NCBI GenBank assembly: GCA_963747985.1
Contig: CAVVHG010000013.1
Location: 75,695-139,694 of the forward strand
Source of the DNA: an uncultured Acidobacteriota bacterium
GTDB lineage: Bacteria > Acidobacteriota > UBA6911
DNA length: 64,000 bases
Direction of reading: 5' to 3'
Within the stretch, counting starts at the first letter, position 1. The number at the start of each line of letters is the position of its first letter. Below the pieces are notes generated by a model. The model was not told where the DNA came from and did not search any database. It saw only the letters and a program-made list of their open reading frames with translations. Position numbers and translations under genes: made by a program. Shown piece by piece: positions 51,218 through 64,000 of this stretch.

Positions 51218-51805
51218 ATGACAGACCATGAGCATGTGGTACTCGAGGGACCCCGCTTACGACTCCTGCCCATGAGGATGGAACACCACGCCGCGCTGTG
51301 TGCGGTGGGGCTCGATGAGGATTTGTGGCGTTGGACGCCGGCGCCTGTCGAGACACCGGAGGACATGCGGCAGTACATGCAGGCCGCGCTCGATTGCCAG
51401 ACAGCAGGATCTGCTCTCCCCTTCGTGACCGTGGAACTTGAGACCGGCGCCATCGTCGGCAGTACGCGCTTCGGCAACATCGACCGTGCAAACCGCCGCC
51501 TGGAAATCGGCTGGACCTGGGTCGCGCCGCAGTGGCAGCGCAGTTTCGTCAATACCGAAGCAAAGTACCTGATGCTGAAGCACGCATTCGAGGTCATGCG
51601 GTGCATCCGTGTCGAGTTCAAGACCGATTCGCTCAACCAGCGCTCTCGCGCCGCGCTCCTGCGTCTCGGGGCCAAAGAGGAGGGGATTTTGCGGAATCAC
51701 ATGGTTACATCGGCCGGGCGCTACAGGCACTCCGTCTATTACAGCATCATCGATTCCGAGTGGCCCGATGTGAAGCGAGCGATGGAGCTCGGGCAGGGTT
51801 GGTGA
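51218..51805 (+). CDS. GNAT family N-acetyltransferase (RimJ/RimL-like)
   Basis: VGSTR, EIGWTW, NTEAKYLML.HAFE, RVEFKTD..N.RSR, EEGILR. Confidence 0.92.
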   Translation: MTDHEHVVLEGPRLRLLPMRMEHHAALCAVGLDEDLWRWTPAPVETPEDMRQYMQAALDCQTAGSALPFVTVELETGAIVGSTRFGNIDRANRRLEIGWTWVAPQWQRSFVNTEAKYLMLKHAFEVMRCIRVEFKTDSLNQRSRAALLRLGAKEEGILRNHMVTSAGRYRHSVYYSIIDSEWPDVKRAMELGQGW

Positions 51806-52008
51806 GGCGCGAACTGAGATCCCCGTGCGGCCCGGTTGAGGATTACCTTTCCTTCTGCGATGTATAAGGTTAATTTGATTGTCTGCCGGTGTTTCATAAA
51901 CTAAACTGAACGGTTTTTTGAGCCGCCCCAGCCGGGGCATTCTCACATTCGGTCTGCCGGGCGCACCTGTTCCGAAGGCTGCGATCCGGGCGGACAAGGA
52001 CGGCATCC

Positions 52009-53169
<1,161 letters not shown>

Positions 53170-53180
53170 GGAGAAGCACC

Positions 53181-54062
53181 TTGTCCATACTCATTGATAA
53201 GAGCACGAGGCTGGTGGTGCAGGGCATTACCGGTCGCGAAGGGACTTTTCATACCCGGCAGTGCATGGCATACGGGACCAAGGTGGTCGCCGGCGTCACT
53301 CCCGGCAAGGGTGGAACCGTGCACGAAGGGGTTCCGGTCTACAATACCGTGGTGGAGGCCGTCGCGAAGGAAGGCGCCAACGCGAGCGTGATTTTCGTGC
53401 CGTCGGCCTACGCCGCCGACAGCATAATGGAAGCGGCATCGGCCGGTGTTGCTTTAATCGTTTGCATTACCGAAGGGATCCCGACCCTCGACATGATGAA
53501 GGCATCCGCCTTCCTGGCCAAGAGAAAGAGCCGGCTCATCGGCCCGAACTGCCCGGGCATCATCTCACCCGGCAGATGCAAGATCGGCATTATGCCGGCG
53601 AACATTTTCAAAGAGGGAAGTGTCGGCGTGGTATCGAGAAGCGGCACCCTGACCTACGAAGCGGTCTGGCAGCTTACCGAGCGGGGACTTGGGCAGTCGA
53701 CCTGCATCGGCATCGGTGGAGATCCCATCATCGGCACCAGTTTCCTTGATGCGCTGCGCCTTTACCACGAGGATCCCGAGACCGAGGCTGTGGTGATGAT
53801 CGGAGAAATCGGCGGAACTGCAGAGGAGGATGCCTCCCGCTACGTGCGGGACAACATGTCCAAGCCGGTGATTGGCTTCGTCGCCGGACAGACGGCCCCC
53901 CCGGGGCGCCGCATGGGGCACGCCGGGGCGATTATCTCCGGGGGGAAGGGAACCGCGGCTGAGAAGATCCAGGCGATGAAGGATTGCGGACTGCACGTAG
54001 CGGCCAGTCCTGCAGACATCGGAGAGACCGTCGTGCGAGCCTTGAAGGAGCGAAAATCATGA
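53181..54062 (+). CDS. sucD: Succinyl-CoA ligase alpha subunit
   Basis: [29 protein letters not shown]; TTG start after AAGGAG. Confidence 0.98.
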   Translation: MSILIDKSTRLVVQGITGREGTFHTRQCMAYGTKVVAGVTPGKGGTVHEGVPVYNTVVEAVAKEGANASVIFVPSAYAADSIMEAASAGVALIVCITEGIPTLDMMKASAFLAKRKSRLIGPNCPGIISPGRCKIGIMPANIFKEGSVGVVSRSGTLTYEAVWQLTERGLGQSTCIGIGGDPIIGTSFLDALRLYHEDPETEAVVMIGEIGGTAEEDASRYVRDNMSKPVIGFVAGQTAPPGRRMGHAGAIISGGKGTAAEKIQAMKDCGLHVAASPADIGETVVRALKERKS

Positions 54063-54478
54063 TCCAGGAGACGCTCGCGATCATCAAGCCGGATGGTGTG
54101 TCCCGCCGCCTCATCGGTGAGGTGATCCGCCGCATTGAGTCGAACGGGCTGAAGATCAAGGCCATGAAGATGGTGCACCTATCCAGGAAGGAGGCCGAAG
54201 GCTTCTACGCGGTTCACAAGGAGCGGCCCTTCTTTGAGAGTCTGACCGGCTTCATGTCCGAAGGGCCGGTGGTGTTGATGGTCCTGTCCGGGGAAAACGC
54301 CATCCAGGTGTGGCGCGACCTCATGGGCGCTACCGATCCTGCCAAGTCGGCTCCGGGCACGATCCGCAGGGAATTCGGCCTTTCGATCGAACGCAACACC
54401 ACCCACGGATCGGACGCGCCCGAAACGGCGGCCTTCGAAACCTCCTACTTTTTCAGTAAGGTGGAGGCGTGCAACTGA
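54059..54478 (+). CDS. ndk: Nucleoside diphosphate kinase
   Basis: [26 protein letters not shown]. Confidence 0.98.
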   Translation: MIQETLAIIKPDGVSRRLIGEVIRRIESNGLKIKAMKMVHLSRKEAEGFYAVHKERPFFESLTGFMSEGPVVLMVLSGENAIQVWRDLMGATDPAKSAPGTIRREFGLSIERNTTHGSDAPETAAFETSYFFSKVEACN

Positions 54479-54533
54479 AGCGGCTCGGGGCCCGCAATCA
54501 GCAGGACCCCCGGGCCCCCGAGCGGAGAAGCTG

Positions 54534-54749
54534 ATGCCACTTGGCCGCCTGCTCATCGTTCTGGGTTTGATCCTTCTGGTTGCAGGCCTGCTGCTGACAT
54601 ACACGGACATCTTCTCCAGCCTGAGGCTTGGAAGGCTGCCCGGTGATATCTCTGTCAAGCGCGAACACTTCTCCTTTTATTTCCCGATCACAACCTGCGT
54701 TCTCATCAGCCTCGTCCTGACGCTGATCTTCTACCTGCTGCGAAAATGA
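54534..54749 (+). CDS. DUF2905 family small membrane protein
   Basis: LGRLPGDI...FYFPITTC..IS.VLT. Confidence 0.9.
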   Translation: MPLGRLLIVLGLILLVAGLLLTYTDIFSSLRLGRLPGDISVKREHFSFYFPITTCVLISLVLTLIFYLLRK

Positions 54750-54762
54750 CGCATCGCTGAAT

Positions 54763-54922
54763 CGCCGTCGGAATCGGCATCGGGGTTGGAATCCCTTTCG
54801 GGTCGGTGCCTGCCAAGTGCCCGCCGTGTTTCGCGAGCCGGGTAACCGCGATGCCTGTGCCCGAAGGTCGCATATCTGCTTTCGACACCGAATCCGATTA
54901 CGATATCGATCCCGATTCCGAG
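54763..54922. repeat. Inverted hexamer-array element, (CGNNAT)n family, copy 4
   Basis: Left CGCCGT CGGAAT CGGCAT CGGGGT TGGAAT; right TTCGAC ACCGAA TCCGAT TACGAT ATCGAT CCCGAT TCCGAG. Confidence 0.85.
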
Positions 54923-55004
54923 CCCGTGGGATGAAGAGCGAGAACGGAGCTGTGCCGTACGCACCAACCGCAGCGTCTGAAACGCAAACGCCGCCCGGGG
55001 CGCG

Positions 55005-55033
55005 TTGACAGGCTGCAGGGTGCAGGATATATT
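55005..55033 (+). promoter_or_regulatory. Sigma70 promoter candidate for mrp
   Basis: TTGACA-N17-TATATT. Confidence 0.65.
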
Positions 55034-55067
55034 TCGGTTTTTTGATGCCTCGGGGGTATAGAGACCA

Positions 55068-56138
55068 ATGTCACCACAAGAAGAAGCTGTCCTTGCCGCG
55101 CTGCGGACCGTGAAGGATCCTGATCTCCACCGGGATATCGTCAGCCTCAATTTCATCAAGGATCTGAGAATCGAGCGGGGCTGCGCCTCCTTCACGATCC
55201 AGCTCACGACTCCCGCCTGCCCCGTCAGACAGGAGATGGAGAGCTGGGCACGCGAGGCCGTCCTCAAGGTGGAGGGCATCAACGAGGTCCGGATCAACAT
55301 GACCTCCGTGGTCACCAGGGGAGCCGCTGCACCGGGCAGACAGGCCATCGAAGGGGTGAAGAACATCATCGCGGTCGGAAGCGGGAAGGGCGGCGTCGGG
55401 AAGAGCACCGTGACCGTCAACCTTGCGGTAGCGCTGGCTCAGAGCGGCGCCAGGGTGGGATTGATGGACGCCGACATTTACGGGCCCAATGTTCCGCTGA
55501 TGATGGGCATTTCCGGCCGGCCGTATGCCACCAACAACCGGATACAACCTCTTGCCAACCACGGCGTCCAGGTCATGTCGATGGGATTCCTGACTACCGA
55601 GGACACGCCTTTGATTTGGCGCGGGCCGATGCTCCACAGCGTAGTCACCCAGTTCGTTCGGCAGGTGGAGTGGGGCGAGCTCGATTACCTGCTCGTGGAT
55701 CTTCCGCCGGGGACGGGAGACGTCCAGCTCACATTGACACAGACTGTGGCGTTGATGGGGGCGGTCATTGTCACCACGCCGCAGGATGTCGCGTTGCAGG
55801 ATGCGCGTAAAGCGATCCTGATGTTCAGGCAGGTCCGGGTCGAAATCCTCGGGATCGTGGAAAACATGTCGTACTTCGAATGCCCCAAGTGCCATGAGCG
55901 TACGGATATCTTCAGCCGGGGCGGCGGGGTGTCCACGGCCGACAGGTACGGGGTCCCCTTCCTGGGCGAGATACCGCTGGACACGGCCATCCGTCAGGCC
56001 GGTGACGCGGGAAAGCCTGTCGTCCTGTCCGATCCCGGATCACCAGCGGGGCTGGCATTCAGCCGGATCGCGAACAGCATGGCCGCGCAGGTGAGCGTGG
56101 CGAACGTCACCAGGCAGAACGTGATGGTTATCGAGTAG
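55068..56138 (+). CDS. mrp: Mrp/ApbC Fe-S cluster carrier ATPase
   Basis: DPDL, LTTPACP, GKGGVGKST, DADIYGP, WRGPM, DLPPGTGD, ENMS..CPKC. Confidence 0.96.
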   Translation: MSPQEEAVLAALRTVKDPDLHRDIVSLNFIKDLRIERGCASFTIQLTTPACPVRQEMESWAREAVLKVEGINEVRINMTSVVTRGAAAPGRQAIEGVKNIIAVGSGKGGVGKSTVTVNLAVALAQSGARVGLMDADIYGPNVPLMMGISGRPYATNNRIQPLANHGVQVMSMGFLTTEDTPLIWRGPMLHSVVTQFVRQVEWGELDYLLVDLPPGTGDVQLTLTQTVALMGAVIVTTPQDVALQDARKAILMFRQVRVEILGIVENMSYFECPKCHERTDIFSRGGGVSTADRYGVPFLGEIPLDTAIRQAGDAGKPVVLSDPGSPAGLAFSRIANSMAAQVSVANVTRQNVMVIE

Positions 56139-57112
56139 TGCAGATCCTCGTCCTCCATCCCGGGGCGCTGGGTGACATCATTCTGTCGTTGCCGGCGCTG
56201 GCGGCCCTGCGGAGACGATTCCCGCGTTCATGTATCACGATCGCGGGAAACGCGGACTACCTTCCCTACTCGGCGTGGGGGCATGCGGATCGGGTTCTCT
56301 CTCTTTCTGCGCTTCCTCTCCACGCGTTTTACAGCGCAGACGGATTGCAGGGCAGGGAAGCAGAGTGGTGGGCCTCCTTCGATCTCCTGGTATCCTGGAC
56401 CGGAGCAGGTAATGCCCAATTCGAGAAGACGATAGCGGCGCTGGGCAGACCTGCGCTGGTGGCCGGATGGCGGCCGACAACCGGTGAACCGAGACACGTG
56501 TCCCGCATCTTCACGGACTCTCTCCATCCCTGGGTGCCGCTTCAAGAACGGACGGAGCACGCCCGAATTCTGATTCCGACAGATGGAGTTCCGGAAGCCC
56601 GGGACTGGTTGATGAGGAGCCGGGGTTCCCCGGGGAGGCCGTTCGTGGCAATGCACCCCGGTGCATCAGGTTGCGGGAAGCGCTGGCCTCTTGATCGATT
56701 CCGGTCCGTGGCGGCGTCGCTCCAGCCGTCCCACGACTTGCTGATCATAGAGGGGCCGGCCGAGCCGGGGTTGGCGATGGAGCTCGGGCGCGGCCTTCCG
56801 CCCGAAAGGTGTGTCGTTGCCGCATGCCTTCCGCTTGGATTCCTTGCGGCGGTCTTGTCCTCCTGCAGCGCGTACGTGGGGAACGATTCCGGGATTTCAC
56901 ACCTGGCAGCCGCACTCGGCCTGCGATCGGTGGTGATCTTCGGCCCTACGCCGCCGGAGCAATGGTCACCCTCGGGCCCCACTGTGGCTGTCCTCCGTGA
57001 CACCTCCGGTTGTGCCGCCTGCGAGGGGGTACGCGGCGACAGGCACTCCTGCCTGGAAAACGTCACGGTTGAGCGTGTCTTGGATTTCCTGACCGGGCTG
57101 CAGCCCGTCTGA
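56138..57112 (+). CDS. Glycosyltransferase family 9 (heptosyltransferase-like)
   Basis: GALGD, HPGAS..KRWP, GNDSGISHLAAA, FGPT. Confidence 0.9.
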   Translation: MQILVLHPGALGDIILSLPALAALRRRFPRSCITIAGNADYLPYSAWGHADRVLSLSALPLHAFYSADGLQGREAEWWASFDLLVSWTGAGNAQFEKTIAALGRPALVAGWRPTTGEPRHVSRIFTDSLHPWVPLQERTEHARILIPTDGVPEARDWLMRSRGSPGRPFVAMHPGASGCGKRWPLDRFRSVAASLQPSHDLLIIEGPAEPGLAMELGRGLPPERCVVAACLPLGFLAAVLSSCSAYVGNDSGISHLAAALGLRSVVIFGPTPPEQWSPSGPTVAVLRDTSGCAACEGVRGDRHSCLENVTVERVLDFLTGLQPV

Positions 57113-57135
57113 GGCTCCCGACGGAGGTGATTCAC

Positions 57136-57903
57136 TCAGTCCATCAGTTGGCCGCCGTTGATCTCGATGCATTCACCGACCACATAGGAGGCATCCTCGG
57201 AGGCGAGCAGCGCGATGACGCGCGCGACTTCTTCAGCCGCTCCAAGGCGGCCTGAGGGAATGCCGGCGATGAAACGCTCGAGCATTTCCTTGGTGCTGAA
57301 TCTTTCGTGAAACGGGGTGGCGATGACGCCGGGGTTGACGCAATTGACACGGATGCCGTGGCCTATCAGCTCCTTGGCGAGTGACTTTGTGAAGGTGATG
57401 ACTGCCCCCTTGGCAGCCGAGTATGCTGAGGCTCCAGGCCCGCCGCCGTTGCGCCCGGCGATCGAGGCCACGTTGACGACGCAGCCTGAACCCTGCCGGA
57501 TCATCGTCGGCAGAAAGGCATGGGTCACGTAGAAGACGCTGTCGAGATTCAGAGCCATCACCCGGCGCCAGAGGTCGCGATCCATCTCGGCGAACAACCT
57601 GCGCTCGACGAGTGAGCCGGCGTTGTTCACCAGCAGGTCGATTCTGCCGAAATCAGCAAGCACATCTCCGGCCATCTGGCCCGCCTGCGCGTGGTCGGAT
57701 ACGTCGCACGAATAGACGCGCGCGTGCCCCGCCCCGAGCGCGCGAATTTTCTCGTAGGTGTCGCGCGCACCCTGCTCGCTGCTGAAGTAATGAATCGCGA
57801 CCTGATAGCCCCGACGCGCCAACTCCACGGCTGTCGCCTGGCCTATCCCGGAGCTTGCACCGGTGACGATCGCGACTTTCTTGGATGTCGATTCCACGGT
57901 CAT
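57136..57903 (-). CDS. SDR family oxidoreductase
   Basis: TGASSGIG, NNAG, YSAAK, INGG. Confidence 0.92.
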   Translation of the reverse strand: MTVESTSKKVAIVTGASSGIGQATAVELARRGYQVAIHYFSSEQGARDTYEKIRALGAGHARVYSCDVSDHAQAGQMAGDVLADFGRIDLLVNNAGSLVERRLFAEMDRDLWRRVMALNLDSVFYVTHAFLPTMIRQGSGCVVNVASIAGRNGGGPGASAYSAAKGAVITFTKSLAKELIGHGIRVNCVNPGVIATPFHERFSTKEMLERFIAGIPSGRLGAAEEVARVIALLASEDASYVVGECIEINGGQLMD

Positions 57904-57976
57904 CTGAGGACTCCTTGTTGACTGGCGCTGTCAGTGGTTTCCGGCGCTTTGCGTCTACGAGGCCGGTATCTGCGTC

Positions 57977-58954
57977 TCAGAAGATGCCGCCCGGTGCACC
58001 TGAAAGAAGCGTCTCCGTCAGCTCGGCGTTAACGATGGCAAGGGGATTTTCGAGGCCCACCCGCCAGAGCTCATCTTCTGAAAGAATATTGAGGGATCGG
58101 AGCCAGCGCATGCACTGAGCCATGTTGCATCCCGAGCCGACAAGATGCGGCGCATGCAGGTTCTCGATCCGGCCTGTCTCGGTCATGCGAACCCGGTGTC
58201 CCAGGGTCTCATAAGTGCCGGGCGGATACCCGGCGATCGGTGCCGAGTCCGAGACGACGAATACCTTACCGGGGCCTTTGGAGCGGAGCGCGACCAGTAC
58301 AAAGTCCCTGGGCAGGTGGTTTCCGTCCGTGACGAGTCCGATCGTAAGCGACTCGTTTGCCAGCTGGTGGACCAGGATGTTATCGTGCCGGGGCAGCAGG
58401 TTGGGGCAGCCGTTTCCCAGGTGCGTGACGAGCGTCGCTCCTGCGTCGACGGCCCTGGCTATGATCTCCCTGGAAGCCAGGTGGTGTCCGATCGAAACCA
58501 CCGTCGGGTATTTCCGCCGGACGTGGGAAATCAGTTCGAGCGCCCCTTCCACTTCCGGCGCGATCGTCAGGATCGAGATCCGGCCCTCGGCACACTCCTG
58601 GAACCGATCGAATTCCGCCGGGTCCGGTCGTCGCATCTTCGTCGCCGCATGCGCACCCCGGGCCCCATCCTCCCTGGACAGGTACGGGCCCTCCAGGTGA
58701 ATCCCGAGTAACCGTCCTTTCACCCCCGGCTCGGCGGCTGTCCGCGCGATCACCTTCAGGTTCCGCTTGTAGATGTCGAGATCTGAGGTGATCAGTGTTG
58801 CGCAGTAAGCCAGCGTGCCGGCGTCCAGAAGGGCATGCGTCACCCTGTGGATGTCCTCGGCAACGAGACCGGGAGAGACGAAGTCCACCCCCATATAGCC
58901 GTTTACCTGGAGGTCGACAAATCCCTGGCGATGGATAGTCTGGATTTGGTGCAC
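57977..58954 (-). CDS. nagA: N-acetylglucosamine-6-phosphate deacetylase family amidohydrolase
   Basis: GFVDLQVNG, HLEGPY, GAH, TIAPE, IGH, THLGNG, DGNH, SD. Confidence 0.88.
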   Translation of the reverse strand: MHQIQTIHRQGFVDLQVNGYMGVDFVSPGLVAEDIHRVTHALLDAGTLAYCATLITSDLDIYKRNLKVIARTAAEPGVKGRLLGIHLEGPYLSREDGARGAHAATKMRRPDPAEFDRFQECAEGRISILTIAPEVEGALELISHVRRKYPTVVSIGHHLASREIIARAVDAGATLVTHLGNGCPNLLPRHDNILVHQLANESLTIGLVTDGNHLPRDFVLVALRSKGPGKVFVVSDSAPIAGYPPGTYETLGHRVRMTETGRIENLHAPHLVGSGCNMAQCMRWLRSLNILSEDELWRVGLENPLAIVNAELTETLLSGAPGGIF

Positions 58955-58983
58955 GGTCCGTCCTGCCCGGTCGACCGAGATGA

Positions 58984-59010
58984 TGGCGGAGGTGGCGGAA
59001 ATCGCACTCG
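58984..59010 (-). repeat. Degenerate duplicate of the tmRNA 3' end (att site)
   Basis: TGGCGGAGGTGGCGGAAATCGCACTCG vs TGGTGGAGGTGGCGGGAATCGAACCCG. Confidence 0.75.
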
Positions 59011-59120
59011 GAGGCCGGGTTGCAAAGAAAGGACTTACAGTATTTTCAGTACGTCAAAGACGCACGAACCCCAGGTTCAAAGGATCATGTCCCCGCATCC
59101 GCCCTACTGGACGTAGCAGC

Positions 59121-59495
59121 TCACACCCTCTCCCTTTCATCTTCCTTTTCGTCTTCTTCGGCTTCGATTCCCGGAATTATAGGTTTGGGCATCACAGCAA
59201 AAAACGCATCAGCTCGTCGTAAAACCTCCTCAAGCGCGACGCTTCGGAACACTTCCGTTTGAAGGCGCTCGCGTCCATCAGTCAGGCAATCTATGGCCAC
59301 TCTCTCCCATGTTCTGCGGCGAGGCCACGCCCTCAGGCATTGTGCGAAGGGGGCGGAGCAACGATGCTTCTGAAGACGGCCTTCGATCTCCACTGTGATT
59401 CCCGCCTTGAATCGGCCGGGATCGTGGTCAGGTTCCAATTGCATTAGGTAGAATACGCCAACATCATCCAGGTAGCCGACGCCGCAGTTACTCAT
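59121..59495 (-). CDS. Hypothetical protein, possibly 5'-truncated, with a weak GIY-YIG-like pattern
   Basis: GVFYLMQ...FKAGIT....RLQKH...E pattern; acidic tail. Confidence 0.5.
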   Translation of the reverse strand: MSNCGVGYLDDVGVFYLMQLEPDHDPGRFKAGITVEIEGRLQKHRCSAPFAQCLRAWPRRRTWERVAIDCLTDGRERLQTEVFRSVALEEVLRRADAFFAVMPKPIIPGIEAEEDEKEDERERV

Positions 59496-59559
59496 TTGTC
59501 AGTCCGACATAACGTTGTTTGGGGTGAGGGAGGCTTTGCAGGAGGTAGACGTATTTCAT
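59488..59559 (-). pseudogene. N-terminal fragment of a small GIY-YIG nuclease
   Basis: Translates MKYVYLLQSLPHPKQRYVGLTNE-stop, with both YVY and YVG signature strands. Confidence 0.75.
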
Positions 59560-59595
59560 CTCTTGAGAGAGTTTTTGCCCGCCTTCGTCCGCCTG

Positions 59596-59645
59596 CAGCC
59601 TTCGCTAAAGCTCCGGCTGGCCAGCCGGAGCTTTAGCGAAGGCTG
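59596..59645. repeat. Perfect 50-bp palindrome abutting the tmRNA 3' end
   Basis: CAGCCTTCGCTAAAGCTCCGGCTGG|CCAGCCGGAGCTTTAGCGAAGGCTG, 25/25 complementary, no spacer. Confidence 0.95.
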
Positions 59646-59992
59646 GTGGAGGTGGCGGGAATCGAACCCGCGTCCGAAAGCCTTCAGCTAGAAGAGACTA
59701 CATGCTTAGCCGGTCCGTTGAGTTTCGCAAGCACGCCGTTCGAGCCGGCGGGGACGCTGTGCCGCTATCCCCTTGGAGTTTCGGACGCCGCCCAGGGGCG
59801 CTGGCAACGACCTAGCCTGCTGATGGTCGTTTCACACCGGCCTCGCAGGCAAGACCGGGGAAACGTGACCGCCTTAGGCGGCCAGTGCTAACTGATTGTC
59901 AGCAGTTGAGTTTTTTCCACGGTTTAACGAGTCGCGGAGCGCTCGGCATGCCTCTTCTGCCTCTTGACCCCCGTCGAATCCAGTTCACCCCC
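59644..59992 (-). ncRNA. ssrA: tmRNA
   Basis: 5' GGGGGTGAACTGGATTCGAC; tag frame ADNQLALAA-TAA; 3' GGTTCGATTCCCGCCACCTCCACCA. Confidence 0.97.
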
Positions 59993-60282
59993 TTTAATCA
60001 AATCGAGACAATGATACCTCATTTCAAGGCTCCCCGCCACTCCCTGTTGGGCGATCGCGGACTGCTTGAGGCGAGGTCCGAGCAGGGCGGAAGCGGGGAC
60101 CGGCCTGCCATCCTGTTGTCCGCCGGCTCGAATTTCGTGAACGGTTACACAATCATCTGAATTCGTTTCTGGTGACGGACGATACAGCACGGAGGGTTTC
60201 CCTGGCCTAGAGTGAGGCGTGCGGTCGTCGTCGGTGCCGCGACGGCCGCATGGGGAAAATCCAATTTTTTGCATCTTTAGGG

Positions 60283-60311
60283 TTGACAGCCTCCGGCGGC
60301 AACCATAGAAT
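60283..60311 (+). promoter_or_regulatory. Sigma70 promoter
   Basis: TTGACA-N17-TAGAAT upstream of the M23 peptidase. Confidence 0.75.
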
Positions 60312-60401
60312 GCTGCCCGTTCCGTGTCGTTACCCTGGGTTGGGGCTGTTTCGGCGTGCCTGATACACCCAGCCTGCTGATCTTGGCTGAAAGGGGGTCC
60401 T

Positions 60402-61298
60402 GTGCTGAACAAGCGGCTTTATACGCTCATCGTATCAAGTCATGCCGGCGGCAGGCTCTGGAGGCTATCGCTCCCATACCCATTCTTGATCGGGATCGCG
60501 GTATTCGCAGTCATCGGTTTGATATCTGCGGGCGTAGCCACCTACCAGTATGGCCGTATGCTCCTGAAGGTCGCGGACTACAACCACATTCTCGCGGAAA
60601 ACGATTCCTTCAGGTCTGAGAATCACAACTACCGGATACAGACGGCCCAACTCGGCGAAAAGATCGATTTTCTCGAGACTCTTGCGAGGAAGCTGACGGT
60701 TTACTCGGGCATGGAGTCGGAACGATCGGTCGGAGGTGTCGGCGGGTATTCAAAAGATGCTTTCGCGCAGCCGCTGCCATCCTCGGCGGGTACCCTGCAG
60801 GCGATCGACACATACAATAAGAGTGTCGGCCAGCTCGAGGATGGGTATCGGAAGATCGAGGACAAACTGTCGTTGCAGGCGCTTGTGAAGTCGGTCACAC
60901 CGGATCGCCTTCCGGTGCGAGGGTACATTACTGAAGGTCAGGGCATGAGGAGAGATCCTTTTAACGGGACCTCCAGGGAGTACCACACGGGAGTGGATAT
61001 ATCAGCCCCCCTTGGCAGCCGGGTAATCGCCCCGGCAGACGGCATGGTGATCTTTGCCGGCTACCGGGCCGGATATGGCAAGATTGTTGTGATCGACCAC
61101 ATGTTCGGCATGATCACCCGCTACGGTCACCTCTACAAGTTCAATGTCCAAGCCGGCCAGCGTGTCTCGCGCAACGACGTGATCGGGTATGTCGGCAACA
61201 CAGGCCGGTCCACCGGACCTCACCTCCACTTCGAGCTCTGGTGGCACAACAAAGCCATAAACCCCGCGAAGTTTCTGGCCGGCGTGCGCCGCGGGTAG
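60402..61298 (+). CDS. M23 family metallopeptidase with TM anchor and coiled coil
   Basis: HTGVDI, GYG..VVIDH, YGHL, GNTGRSTGPHLHFE. Confidence 0.93.
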   Translation: MLNKRLYTLIVSSHAGGRLWRLSLPYPFLIGIAVFAVIGLISAGVATYQYGRMLLKVADYNHILAENDSFRSENHNYRIQTAQLGEKIDFLETLARKLTVYSGMESERSVGGVGGYSKDAFAQPLPSSAGTLQAIDTYNKSVGQLEDGYRKIEDKLSLQALVKSVTPDRLPVRGYITEGQGMRRDPFNGTSREYHTGVDISAPLGSRVIAPADGMVIFAGYRAGYGKIVVIDHMFGMITRYGHLYKFNVQAGQRVSRNDVIGYVGNTGRSTGPHLHFELWWHNKAINPAKFLAGVRRG

Positions 61299-61576
61299 GT
61301 GCTCCGCCGTCGTTCGGACGCGAGGGCCTGTCTTCAGTCAATTGAGCCCATCGTTCTTCCCGTCATGACAGACCTCTGCCGGGTCGAAGTGCCGGCCTTC
61401 CTGCCGGCGACCCCCTCCCGCCGGGCGCACGCATCCCGTCAAGCCATTGCGGTCCCCGATCCGGCGCTTGCCCTCGGGTTGGGCGCCGGGCAGGAGGCTG
61501 CGCCGCGTCCAATCTCGGGGCTCCGCGTCGGCTGCAAGCTTTTGAAAAACCTCGTGCTGCCTGATTTCCCGGTTGG

Positions 61577-61605
61577 TTGACGCGTATAGCCGCATCTGCT
61601 ACATT
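61577..61605 (+). promoter_or_regulatory. Sigma70 promoter candidate for secA
   Basis: TTGACG-N17-TACATT with a TG extension. Confidence 0.55.
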
Positions 61606-61636
61606 GACAAGTTTACACAGGGCGGAGCTCTCCTTA

Positions 61637-64000
<2,364 letters not shown>

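Larger units (their letters stand above)
58984..59670. mobile_element. Decayed island remnant integrated at the tmRNA 3' end
   Basis: Bounded by the tmRNA 3' 27 nt (59644-59670) and a 23/27 direct copy (58984-59010); contains only gene fragments and no integrase. Confidence 0.7.

Noticed and set aside
59646-60160. Small ORFs over the tmRNA region
   Set aside because: Explained by the tmRNA gene on the minus strand

Overview
A GC-rich bacterial chromosomal segment. Gene content and order suggest Acidobacteriota (inference). It is mostly core genes: dksA-like/comF, queA, folE, the atpF'FHAGDC part of the ATP synthase operon, a yprA/yprB (mrfAB)-like repair pair, a polyphosphate cluster (sixA, CHAD, two ppx, ppk1), a partial hopanoid cluster (ispH, hpnA, two Zn-dehydrogenases, hpnD, hpnG), sucCD-ndk, mrp, nagA and a 3'-truncated secA. 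RNA genes are tRNA-Gln(CTG), tRNA-Glu(CTC) and tmRNA. Several signals are missed by the ORF track. (1) Seven intergenic elements consist of two short tandem-repeat arrays in inverted orientation around an unrelated spacer, in four different unit types, plus one lone arm. (2) A probable selenocysteine peroxiredoxin has an in-frame TGA at the catalytic Cys position and a SECIS-like hairpin. (3) A decayed island sits at the tmRNA 3' end, with a degenerate att duplicate, a perfect 50-bp palindrome and a truncated GIY-YIG nuclease gene. (4) There are candidate operators and promoters: an ECF promoter before an orphan anti-sigma gene, a LexA-like direct repeat before mrfA, and a palindromic operator before a wHTH-uppS operon. 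(5) An aminotransferase gene is frameshifted in a G6 run. All product calls are from motif recognition by eye; no database searches were run.
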